Virus record (IMG/VR): IMGVR_UViG_2757320919_000001
Coordinates: 1-64,000 of that record
DNA: 64,000 nucleotides
Reading direction: 5' to 3' (one strand)
DNA from: a virus
Lineage: Duplodnaviria > Caudoviricetes
Shown here: positions 55,781 to 64,000 of the stretch, piece after piece
How positions within the stretch are numbered: the stretch's first letter is position 1
How the letters are laid out: the number at the start of each line of letters is the position of its first letter
Notes under the pieces: generated by a model
Databases searched by the model: none
Told to the model about the DNA's origin: nothing
What the model saw: only the letters and a program-made list of their open reading frames with translations
Program-made: the position numbers and the translations under genes

Positions 55781-56542
55781 ATGGCATCTATAAGATCATT
55801 TGCGAATTTTTTTAAAAAGGGCCCTAAAAAAGTACATAATACAGAAGTACCACCACATACAATAAAACCTAACAAACCAAAACCTAATAAAATGTCTACA
55901 GTTAAAGGTAAAATTAAAAAAGGTGGTGCTATAGTTGGAATGGCAACTGGTGCAGCATTACCTTTTGGGTATAATCTACTAAAACGGAATAATATCAGGA
56001 CTGACCCTCATATTATCAATACATACAATGGAACACCAAATAGGGTATTTAATTTTGAAACTATTCTTTTACCTAATAATGCAAAACATGCAGAGGATAT
56101 TGTTAAGGCGTTATTACAGTTAAAATCAATAATGACTGGGACTCAATTGGGTACAGATAAAACTGGATTATTAATATCACAAGATTATGTTTTTACAATA
56201 GAATTTGGATCTAAAGATCCAACTAAAGGTGAACAGCTTAAAAAAGTATTAAATGAACTTTTACAGCTAAATCATGAAGAAAACGGAGAAACTGAATTAA
56301 ACCTTAAAATGTGTAATATCAATTACATGGGTCAGGCATCTGCTTTATATGGAAACGGATTACCAAGAGATTTATCTATTGCGTTACAATTTGAAGAAAA
56401 ACGACCTTTAAGAATGACATCAGATATTGTTGAAACAACTGATACATCAAATCCAAATGGGAATGAAAAAATATCAGAACCTAATATAGGACTAACAGAA
56501 GAGGAACTAAATTATAAATATTCACAAGATGAAAATAGTTAA
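55781..56542 (+). CDS. Second gp48-like paralogue, C-terminal piece
   Basis: DPH...YNG.PNRVFNF...LLP.N...NGLP..LSIALQFEE. Confidence 0.6.
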   Translation: MASIRSFANFFKKGPKKVHNTEVPPHTIKPNKPKPNKMSTVKGKIKKGGAIVGMATGAALPFGYNLLKRNNIRTDPHIINTYNGTPNRVFNFETILLPNNAKHAEDIVKALLQLKSIMTGTQLGTDKTGLLISQDYVFTIEFGSKDPTKGEQLKKVLNELLQLNHEENGETELNLKMCNINYMGQASALYGNGLPRDLSIALQFEEKRPLRMTSDIVETTDTSNPNGNEKISEPNIGLTEEELNYKYSQDENS

Positions 56543-56561
56543 TTTATAATAAGGGCAAGTT

Positions 56562-57023
56562 ATGAAAAATTCTGTTTTGAATAATAAAATAATGGTTGAT
56601 TTCAATGGATTTTCATTATCTCCTACATATTCAGTAAATATACCAAAATTAAGAGAATTTATGAAAAATAACTTATCAATGTTTTATGTTAAAGAAATGA
56701 ATGATAATGTTAGATTTGAAGTATTAGCATTAAGAGAATATAATGATTCATCTTTATGGGATATTTTAATGATTTTAAACTTTGGTGAAAATGGTATTCT
56801 TAATTTTGCTAAAGGCGATACTTGGGTAAGTGATAATGCTGAAAATCAATATAAAGAACAACAAGAATATTTTTCACCTAATTTTAAACCTGAAGATCTA
56901 TATAATCAAATACTATCAAAAATACAAAAAAAGAATGAATCAAGAAGGAAAGTTATTTTTATAAAAAGGCAGTTTATACCTCAGTTTAAAGAATCTATAA
57001 AGGATATGTTAAATGTTTTCTGA
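56562..57023 (+). CDS. 53: gp53-like baseplate wedge protein
   Basis: RFEVLA...Y.D..LWDILMILN motif. Confidence 0.7.
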   Translation: MKNSVLNNKIMVDFNGFSLSPTYSVNIPKLREFMKNNLSMFYVKEMNDNVRFEVLALREYNDSSLWDILMILNFGENGILNFAKGDTWVSDNAENQYKEQQEYFSPNFKPEDLYNQILSKIQKKNESRRKVIFIKRQFIPQFKESIKDMLNVF

Positions 57024-58149
57024 TTTTAAAATTATGCCTGAAGCATATTATGCAATATTTTTATATTCAAACAATAAAAAATCTGAATTACCACTAGACC
57101 CAGCTAATATATCAGATTTTACAATAATCTGGGATTATAATGATTTATGCGTTGAAGGTTATGTTATTTTTAATGATACCCAAAAAATAACAGAACTTTT
57201 ACCACCACATAACGGAATATGTTTTAAAGTTTCATTAAAAGATCACTTTAATATTAAATTTGAAAGAGTATTTAAGGTAACAAAAATAGACAGAGATTTT
57301 GAAGGTCAATCTGTTGCCACTATAAAGTTTGAGTTAGTTGATGAATATTATAATATGTTTGCTAATACTTTTATTTCAAAAGGGTACAATAATGTAAAGT
57401 CAACAGATGTTATTAAAGATATTTTTAGTACAAAATCTGATTTAATTTCAACACCATTAAATATTATTATAAAAGATACACCTAAAAATACCTATGAGAA
57501 TTATGTAATACAAGGTAATAAAAATCTATTATATCTTCTAAATAATATGCAAAAATTTGATGACTTACTTATTATTAATACTAGAAAAGGTATTGTTGTT
57601 ATACCTACTGATAATATAGGTAAGTTATCACCTGATCTATCAAAAGTAGTAAAGTTTTCACCAACTCAAACACAAGAATACTCACCTTATTCTGTTAAAG
57701 ACTTTACATTAATACAAGGTGATATGTTAACTCAAAATGCAATTTTACCACCGTCTATAACTTATCAAGTTGATTCAAAGAAAATTACTAAAGAAGAACA
57801 TAATACAAAAATATCACATGGTAAAAGTGGTTTAAAAACAAGTTTAACAATAAATGACAAAGATGGCATTCAAGGTATAAAAATATTCCCATACTTACAT
57901 AATATAGTTGATTCAATATATAATACTGAAATATTAGAAAGTTCTGCTATAAATATAAATGTGGCTGGTATGTTCAACCATAATTTAATGTGTAAAGTAA
58001 GTTTTGATGCAAATTCATCTATTGAAACATTAAAATCAAAAATGCCTTATGTTACTGGTGAATATTTTATAACTAAAATAGTTGATCATATATCATCTGG
58101 TAATGTTTTTACACAAACAATAACATTAGGAAGAATAGGTTCTGTATGA
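57013..58149 (+). CDS. gp27-like baseplate hub protein
   Basis: Lies between gp53 and gp5; C-terminal GEYFITKIVDHI...TQTITL.R. Confidence 0.55.
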   Translation: MFSDFKIMPEAYYAIFLYSNNKKSELPLDPANISDFTIIWDYNDLCVEGYVIFNDTQKITELLPPHNGICFKVSLKDHFNIKFERVFKVTKIDRDFEGQSVATIKFELVDEYYNMFANTFISKGYNNVKSTDVIKDIFSTKSDLISTPLNIIIKDTPKNTYENYVIQGNKNLLYLLNNMQKFDDLLIINTRKGIVVIPTDNIGKLSPDLSKVVKFSPTQTQEYSPYSVKDFTLIQGDMLTQNAILPPSITYQVDSKKITKEEHNTKISHGKSGLKTSLTINDKDGIQGIKIFPYLHNIVDSIYNTEILESSAININVAGMFNHNLMCKVSFDANSSIETLKSKMPYVTGEYFITKIVDHISSGNVFTQTITLGRIGSV

Positions 58150-58928
58150 GAGTAAATGAAAAGAATTTTAAAATATTAACACAAACTCTACCTTTTTATA
58201 AAGGTGTAATTGAAGATGATAAAGATCCTTTAGAATCTCAAAGATATAGGGTAAGAATTATTGGTATAGATGATGAAACTATACCTACTGAAACTTTACC
58301 TTGGGCTACTTCATTGGATTTTTCTTTGTTTTCTGGCATGGGCTTTACAAGTTTTATAAAAAAAGGTGCTTATGTATTAGTTCATTTATTTCAAAATGAT
58401 AGAAATCAACCTATTATAATAGGTGTTTTAAAAGGTGTTAATAATCAAAATGAAGAATTACAATCATTTAAAGATCCTACAGGTCAATATCCTTTAAATG
58501 ATTATAAAAATCAACCTGATACAAACAATAAATCAAAAGGTGAAAAATACTTAAAGAATCAAGTATTTGAAACAGAATCAGGGCATTATATGGAATTTGA
58601 TGATTCAAATGGAGATGAAAGAATACATATATTTCATAGAACTGGTACAGAAGTTCTAATTGATAAAGAAGGTACAGTAACAATAAATGTTGTAAAAGAT
58701 AGAAACTTAAATGTTAAAGAGAACCAAACTTCTGTTATAGATAAGAATGATACAACACATATAAAAGAAAATAAAAACTTAACTGTTGATAAAGATAATA
58801 CAACAAATATTAAAGGAAACAACACCATAAATATTGATAAAGACTGTAATATTACAATTAAAGGCGAATGTAATATTACAGTTACTGGAAATGCTAATAT
58901 TAAAGCATCAAATATTAATTTAAATTAA
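58146..58928 (+). CDS. 5: gp5-like baseplate spike (OB fold + beta-helix, no lysozyme domain)
   Basis: GVIEDD.DP...RYRVRI.G, LPWA, ETESGH..EFDD..G.ERI...H..G, VKD/IKGN repeats. Confidence 0.85.
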   Translation: MRVNEKNFKILTQTLPFYKGVIEDDKDPLESQRYRVRIIGIDDETIPTETLPWATSLDFSLFSGMGFTSFIKKGAYVLVHLFQNDRNQPIIIGVLKGVNNQNEELQSFKDPTGQYPLNDYKNQPDTNNKSKGEKYLKNQVFETESGHYMEFDDSNGDERIHIFHRTGTEVLIDKEGTVTINVVKDRNLNVKENQTSVIDKNDTTHIKENKNLTVDKDNTTNIKGNNTINIDKDCNITIKGECNITVTGNANIKASNINLN

Positions 58929-59256
58929 ATAATTTTTTAAAAAAACATTTAATTTTACAATGTTTGTGATTATGTGTTAGTTTCTCAACACTAATATTAA
59001 TTTCATTTTTCTTGTCATCTATTTTTTTAATAATATCATCAACATTATCATCAACAGATATTTTTACATCTGGATTTAAATGAATTTCTTTAGCTGAATT
59101 AACAATGTAGTCTTTTGCTAAAAAAATAACATTGTTATCAGATTCTATTATTATATTCTTTTTAAACTTAATGTAAATGTTTTTTTCATCTTCTTTTACA
59201 ATAATATTATCGTTTAAAACTTTTGAAAGCGGTTTATTATTATCCTCTAAAAACAT
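58915..59256 (-). CDS. Hypothetical protein
   Basis: 113 aa, overlapping the PAAR gene. Confidence 0.55.
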   Translation of the reverse strand: MFLEDNNKPLSKVLNDNIIVKEDEKNIYIKFKKNIIIESDNNVIFLAKDYIVNSAKEIHLNPDVKISVDDNVDDIIKKIDDKKNEINISVEKLTHNHKHCKIKCFFKKLFNLN

Positions 59257-59527
59257 TATTACTCCCTTGAGCGATTATACCTCCACAATTAACAGCATCT
59301 CCTATACCACAAGTAGCTTTTGAATTTGTAAAAACACTTGTGCTACCACTTGAACTATTTCTACCATGCGGTGGTGTATCAGGGCATGCGTGTGATTGTA
59401 TTTTATCACCTAGTCTATGAACAGCTATTGAATTTGCAAAAACATTAGAACTTGCTTCTATTGTAGGTGAAGGTGGATAACAACTATGTCCTAATGCTAT
59501 ATCTCCTAATCTAGTTACTGGTGGCAT
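59240..59527 (-). CDS. 5.4: gp5.4 PAAR spike-tip protein
   Basis: MPPVTRLGD...GH...VHRLGD...H...GD..CG..IAQGS.NVF.G. Confidence 0.9.
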   Translation of the reverse strand: MPPVTRLGDIALGHSCYPPSPTIEASSNVFANSIAVHRLGDKIQSHACPDTPPHGRNSSSGSTSVFTNSKATCGIGDAVNCGGIIAQGSNNVFRG

Positions 59528-61134
59528 AATATCCCTTTCCTATTCTTTATCCAAACACCTTGCCCACAATCCCATACTTTATAATACCCGTTTATACTCA
59601 TATTCTCTGATTCAGTCAAGTTTGGATCAAATTTCTCTAGTTTATCTTTAAGTTTATGTTTCATAAATTGTTGTCTAGAGTGTTTAGTCCCATTCTTATA
59701 GTAGAAATAACCTGGCTTAGAAAAATGACTAAATTCGAACCCTAATTGTTTGTAAATTGATCCATCAGAGTAAAGTCTATCTGAGTAACTTATTAATGAA
59801 CCTTCATTTTCTTTTTCGAAATGTTTCAATAATTTAGAAGCACCACCTATAACATTTGTGTTCTTCTTAGTACATAATCTAATTAACTCCCAGTCATACC
59901 TACCTGTAAATCTAGGTTTTCCGAATGACATTAAGCAAACTAATTCATCTTGGTAATAAAGTCCATAACACACAGTTGATCCAGTAAATCCTTGGAGATG
60001 ATTTGTGTCTAAAAACTCTTTCTCTTCTGTCTTAGGTACTTCTTTTAAAATGCATTTTCTAGCCATTATCTTTTTTGATTTTCCTAGCTTATTATTAATA
60101 ATACTAGTCCAAATATTTTTCTTGCTGTACCATGAATGTTCAAAAATATGGAGTAATTGTATTCCTTTTTCTAAGCATTTATTTGTTTTATCCAAATGAT
60201 AATTTTTATCTTTACCCATTTGCTCAGAATGCCAGTAGTCTCCATTACATTCTATAGCTAATTTATGGTTTGGGACATAAAAATCTAATTCTTTATCACC
60301 CAAAACTGAATAATCATTGCTTATATAATTACCTAATAATTCAGACATTTCTTTTTCAAATGAGCTAATAGAAGGGCTACATATTGGACAATATACACAT
60401 CCTTTTCTAAAGCTCTTTACTTCTCTGCTAAAAGTATGTCCATTTTTACATTCAAATAAGTTTTTTCCAATTACTTTATAACCTAATTCTTTTATAAATG
60501 ATGTTCTTTTATCTTCAACACATTCACTACATAATGGGAATTTTTTAAAATTGTTGAATATTCTCTTGGATATGTGACCATTTTTGCACATGAGTTCTAA
60601 TTCTTCTGAGTCATATTGATTTATTATGGTATAACCAAAACTAGTTATAATTTTTATCTTATCTTCTTCATTACATTTTGGGCAATTGATATATCCTTTT
60701 TTTAAATCATTATATTCTCTTTTAAAAATATGCCCGTTTTTGCATTTTATGAATAAGTCATGTGCTAAGTTTTCTGATGCTGGCTCATAACCACAACTTC
60801 TAATAAATTCAATTTTTTCTTCTTTTATACATTCATTACATGTAGTAGTTCCCTTTTTAAAGTTACCAAAATACTTTTTTATAATGTGTCCGTTTTTACA
60901 TTTAAGTAATAACTTTCCTTTTTTATCCATAGTAACAACTTCATAACCTAATCCTTTTATAAACTCTAGTTTTTGCTTTTCTTCACACTTAGGACATTTT
61001 ATATATCCTTTTTTGAAATCACCAAATTCTCTTTTAAAAATATGATTATCTTTACATTTTACATACAAGTTTCTAACTAAGTCTTCAGATACAACTTCAT
61101 AACCTAAATTATTTAAAAACTTTATTTTATCCAT
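59515..61134 (-). CDS. Hef-like endonuclease copy 4: 5 zinc-finger repeats + nuclease + Mom-like GNAT
   Basis: Same architecture; its 3' end overlaps the PAAR start. Confidence 0.8.
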   Translation of the reverse strand: MDKIKFLNNLGYEVVSEDLVRNLYVKCKDNHIFKREFGDFKKGYIKCPKCEEKQKLEFIKGLGYEVVTMDKKGKLLLKCKNGHIIKKYFGNFKKGTTTCNECIKEEKIEFIRSCGYEPASENLAHDLFIKCKNGHIFKREYNDLKKGYINCPKCNEEDKIKIITSFGYTIINQYDSEELELMCKNGHISKRIFNNFKKFPLCSECVEDKRTSFIKELGYKVIGKNLFECKNGHTFSREVKSFRKGCVYCPICSPSISSFEKEMSELLGNYISNDYSVLGDKELDFYVPNHKLAIECNGDYWHSEQMGKDKNYHLDKTNKCLEKGIQLLHIFEHSWYSKKNIWTSIINNKLGKSKKIMARKCILKEVPKTEEKEFLDTNHLQGFTGSTVCYGLYYQDELVCLMSFGKPRFTGRYDWELIRLCTKKNTNVIGGASKLLKHFEKENEGSLISYSDRLYSDGSIYKQLGFEFSHFSKPGYFYYKNGTKHSRQQFMKHKLKDKLEKFDPNLTESENMSINGYYKVWDCGQGVWIKNRKGILCHQ

Positions 61135-61145
61135 TTGTTACCTGT

Positions 61146-61592
61146 TTAAAATAAACTTAAACCAAATGCTAAAAAATAGCCTTTAAAAATATATGATAAA
61201 GCACTTATACCTAATAATAAAACTATTAAAATTATACTACAGCAAATAAGCATAAATATACTAAGACCATACCTGTATTTTTTACTAGGATATAGATTAT
61301 AACAATTTACATCATACTTATTAAATACTCTGCGTATAATTTTTGATGTGTTTTCCATAAAGAAGTATGAATCATCATTTTCTGAAAGTAATGTTTTATA
61401 GAAACCAAATTTTTTTCTAGCATATATTTTATAGTATCTTTTCTGATTAAAAAATGTTCTACCTAATTTTATTTTAATAATATCATAATCATTTATGTTT
61501 TCTATTGTATCTTTAAGTTTATCTTTCAGATCATCATTAAGTTTAATTGTAATACTTTTTTTTCTTAAAAAAGTGTTGTAATTTTTTTCCAT
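61146..61592 (-). CDS. Protein with C-terminal membrane anchor
   Basis: 148 aa; promoter at 61624-61655. Confidence 0.6.
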   Translation of the reverse strand: MEKNYNTFLRKKSITIKLNDDLKDKLKDTIENINDYDIIKIKLGRTFFNQKRYYKIYARKKFGFYKTLLSENDDSYFFMENTSKIIRRVFNKYDVNCYNLYPSKKYRYGLSIFMLICCSIILIVLLLGISALSYIFKGYFLAFGLSLF

Positions 61593-61651
61593 AATTTTAT
61601 CCTTTCAATATCAATTTATCAGCATTATATCATAATTTACTTAAAATAAAC

Positions 61652-62224
61652 TTAAACCAAATTTATTTTAAAATTATTTTTATTAGGATGATTTTTCATA
61701 AACTCAACAGCATCAGTATATACTTTATCTCCGATTTTTAAAGGAAATTTTGCTTCATCTATATAATTTTTGCAAAATAAAGTGCTTATTATATCATTGT
61801 CTTGTAATATGGTAATAGTAACATCGCTTACTTCTGTTACTGTATTACTTAATCTAGAACCTCCTGAATTTGCTTGTACTGTATAAGTAAGTTTAACTTG
61901 AAAATTGAATGTAAAAGTTTGCCCATTTTTTAATATACCCAAATGTCTCCAATTACTACCATCTATTTTCATCAATTGATATTCATATATAGCATTTTTT
62001 GCTGAAGGTTGTTTACTAAGAAGTTCTATATTACCAGTTATTAAACCTGTTTGCTCATTTATGGTTAAATGTAAAGGAATATCACCTAATAATTCCCATT
62101 TTATATAACTTTCAAAATTATTAGGTGGTGTAAATTTTACTTGGTGTTTATAAGTAGATAGTTCAAAAGGTGGATTGTATCCACCTTGTGCTTCATTTCT
62201 TAACTCACCACTTTCAAGCCCCAT
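61652..62224 (-). CDS. Virion protein with putative Ig-like domain
   Basis: W.L.G.IP..LTIN..TGLITG pattern. Confidence 0.55.
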   Translation of the reverse strand: MGLESGELRNEAQGGYNPPFELSTYKHQVKFTPPNNFESYIKWELLGDIPLHLTINEQTGLITGNIELLSKQPSAKNAIYEYQLMKIDGSNWRHLGILKNGQTFTFNFQVKLTYTVQANSGGSRLSNTVTEVSDVTITILQDNDIISTLFCKNYIDEAKFPLKIGDKVYTDAVEFMKNHPNKNNFKINLV

Positions 62225-62240
62225 TAAATACCTTATATAA

Positions 62241-62768
62241 TTAAGCTATCTTTTCCCAATGTGAGTATGTAAAATCAACTGTAAATTCTTGTATAGAATT
62301 TGTTTTATCTGCTGCCACTTCTATTTCACCGACTTTTGATGGCCATACATTAAAAAACTCATAAGTTGCAACAGGCTCACCATTACAATTAACTTGATGA
62401 ACCTTAGCTGTAACCATTAAACTATATGGATCACAAGTATGATAATTGTTTTTGTACACATCAATTTTATCAATCCATGTTAAAAATTTCGCTCTAATAT
62501 TATGATCAGGTGTTTGATAAAATACTGGGCTCCAAGCTGCATCAAATGTTGAATCACCTGGTAATTTTAATTTCCTACCTTGGACAAATGCTTCAACTTC
62601 TCCAAGAGTTCTTTCTGGGAAACTAGCAGTTTTACATAATATAATATCCTCTTCTGTAAATGCTACTTCTGGAGCACCTAACGGAGTACCTATTTCTATA
62701 AAATATTTATCACTTTTTGCTCCACCTTTAAGAGCATTTGCTAATTTATCAACTGTATATAAAGGCAT
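62241..62768 (-). CDS. 19: gp19 tail tube protein
   Basis: CKTASFP....G......QGR.LKLPGD.TF..W, F.NVWPS.VG.I, IQEFTVDFTY. Start MPLY after GGAG; late promoter at 62800-62793. Confidence 0.85.
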   Translation of the reverse strand: MPLYTVDKLANALKGGAKSDKYFIEIGTPLGAPEVAFTEEDIILCKTASFPERTLGEVEAFVQGRKLKLPGDSTFDAAWSPVFYQTPDHNIRAKFLTWIDKIDVYKNNYHTCDPYSLMVTAKVHQVNCNGEPVATYEFFNVWPSKVGEIEVAADKTNSIQEFTVDFTYSHWEKIA

Positions 62769-62795
62769 TTTAATTATCTCCATTTTTAGTAGTAT

Positions 62796-63374
62796 TTATA
62801 CTCTTTCCCAATATGTATAGGCAAATGTGACTTCTGTTGATGATATTTCTTTTCCAGAAGCACTTAATTCAACTTCAGCTATATCAATAGGGAAAGTATA
62901 ACATAGTTTAAATTTAGTTTCAGTTTTACCATCAGATGATAATTGTGAAACTATTATATCACTCATATAACCAGCACCTACACTATTAAAACCAACATAG
63001 TTACCTAAGAATATTGATTGTGTAATTGTACTATCAAAACTATCAATTCTATAAATCCAATCACTAAATAATTGATGAATATCCATATCAGGTGTATTAT
63101 AAAATGTTATTTTATGTGTATTATTAAATTGTGCTGCACCTCTTATAACAAATGGTTGCCCACGATGATACACTTTTACAGTACTCATAGACTTACCTGG
63201 AATAGATGTTCTATTAGCCATTATACTTAAATATTCACCTGATATATTTACTGTTTTAAAAAACGGTAGAGACCTCAATAGGGTAGGTATTTTTATGTCA
63301 ATTTTATATTTTGAATTGATGGCACCCCCTTGTTTAAGGGAGCTTCTTAGTCTATCAATATTATATAAAGACAT
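62796..63374 (-). CDS. gp19-like tail tube paralogue
   Basis: TSIPG, ITFYN, FPIDIAEVELS, EVTFAY.YW. Confidence 0.7.
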   Translation of the reverse strand: MSLYNIDRLRSSLKQGGAINSKYKIDIKIPTLLRSLPFFKTVNISGEYLSIMANRTSIPGKSMSTVKVYHRGQPFVIRGAAQFNNTHKITFYNTPDMDIHQLFSDWIYRIDSFDSTITQSIFLGNYVGFNSVGAGYMSDIIVSQLSSDGKTETKFKLCYTFPIDIAEVELSASGKEISSTEVTFAYTYWERV

Positions 63375-63375
63375 A

Positions 63376-63936
63376 TTAGAATATTAATGTCCAAGTAATT
63401 CTTAATATAGATGAAACATCTTTACTTCTAACAGCAAAGGTTCTCATACAAAATAAATCATTACCTGCATATAAACCTGCTTCTGTATAACCAACAGCAC
63501 CTGATGTTCCATTACCAGCTGTTGTTGAAAGCTCTATTCTATATGTAATTGTATTATTACTATTAGTAACTTCAACTGTTGATCCAGCACCTACATCATC
63601 TTCTGTAACAACAGCTTGTCCATCAGATTGTGGTGGTGTAAAATTAACATGATAACAAAACTCACCTTCTTCTTCAGCAAATAATTGAGTTCTAGCAGCT
63701 GTAAAGCCTTCATTAGCTGTTTTTGGCATCATAAGATTATTACCAATATGTCCTCTAGTTCCTAAAACAAGTTTATTTACTGGAGTTGTACTTCTACCAG
63801 CCATGTGTGAAGCTAGAACAGGTCTTGATCCATTTACAACTAAGTTATGTTTTTCAAAGGTATCTATAACATTTCTATCTTTATCTAATAATTCAATTTT
63901 AAAATATCCTTTTGGTGGATTAATTGATTCTACCAT
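63376..63936 (-). CDS. Baseplate/tail structural protein
   Basis: NLVVN.....LA...LGT...GNG....YTEAGLY...LF..R.F...KD.....ITW; late promoter at 63965-63958. Confidence 0.6.
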   Translation of the reverse strand: MVESINPPKGYFKIELLDKDRNVIDTFEKHNLVVNGSRPVLASHMAGRSTTPVNKLVLGTRGHIGNNLMMPKTANEGFTAARTQLFAEEEGEFCYHVNFTPPQSDGQAVVTEDDVGAGSTVEVTNSNNTITYRIELSTTAGNGTSGAVGYTEAGLYAGNDLFCMRTFAVRSKDVSSILRITWTLIF

Positions 63937-64000
63937 TATTTTTCCTTATTTTTAAAATATTTATATCAAAAGCGTCATCTAATATAACACCATTATCAAT

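Noticed and set aside
2800-60199. Many short opposite-strand ORFs in the track (e.g. 2800..3096, 3222..3596, 9310..9576, 30592..30870, 51938..52360, 60005..60199)
   Set aside because: They are antisense shadows of well-supported genes in AT-rich DNA, lack RBSs and have F/L/I/S-rich composition.
1-64000. CRISPR array, tRNA or rRNA genes
   Set aside because: I saw no regularly spaced repeat-spacer array and no cloverleaf with a T-loop GTTCRA. The zinc-finger repeats are coding and degenerate at DNA level.

Overview
This very AT-rich 64-kb window is part of a T4-like lytic myovirus. Gene content and the poly-G receptor-binding cassette point to a Campylobacter group III phage (Fletchervirus-like); that assignment is inferred by motif recognition, and no database search was run. 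The window holds scrambled T4 core genes: gp46/47/55, gp24, gp14/15/16, gp4, rnlA, nrdA/B, uvsX, gp44/59/33, topo II and the baseplate/tail-tube genes. These are interleaved with small accessory genes driven by a recurrent TTAAG-N6-TTAAG-N10-11-TATAAT promoter. The strongest candidate for an under-described system is four dispersed paralogues, each made of 4-6 tandem ~52-aa CCHC zinc-finger modules with hypervariable putative recognition positions, a Vsr/DUF559-like nuclease and a Mom-like GNAT domain. Together these resemble a natural modular zinc-finger nuclease/modifier. Other highlights are a FliM CheY-binding-peptide mimic, a structured RNA with an anti-Shine-Dalgarno sequence beside a Ro60-like gene, a family of proteins with a capsid-targeting-like N-terminus, an NrdA cut at its active site, a topo II gene broken at an A_AAA_AAG site, two phase-OFF poly-G RBP genes, and palindromic promoter/RBS cassettes. 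Several other homopolymer frameshifts suggest that some indels could be assembly errors.
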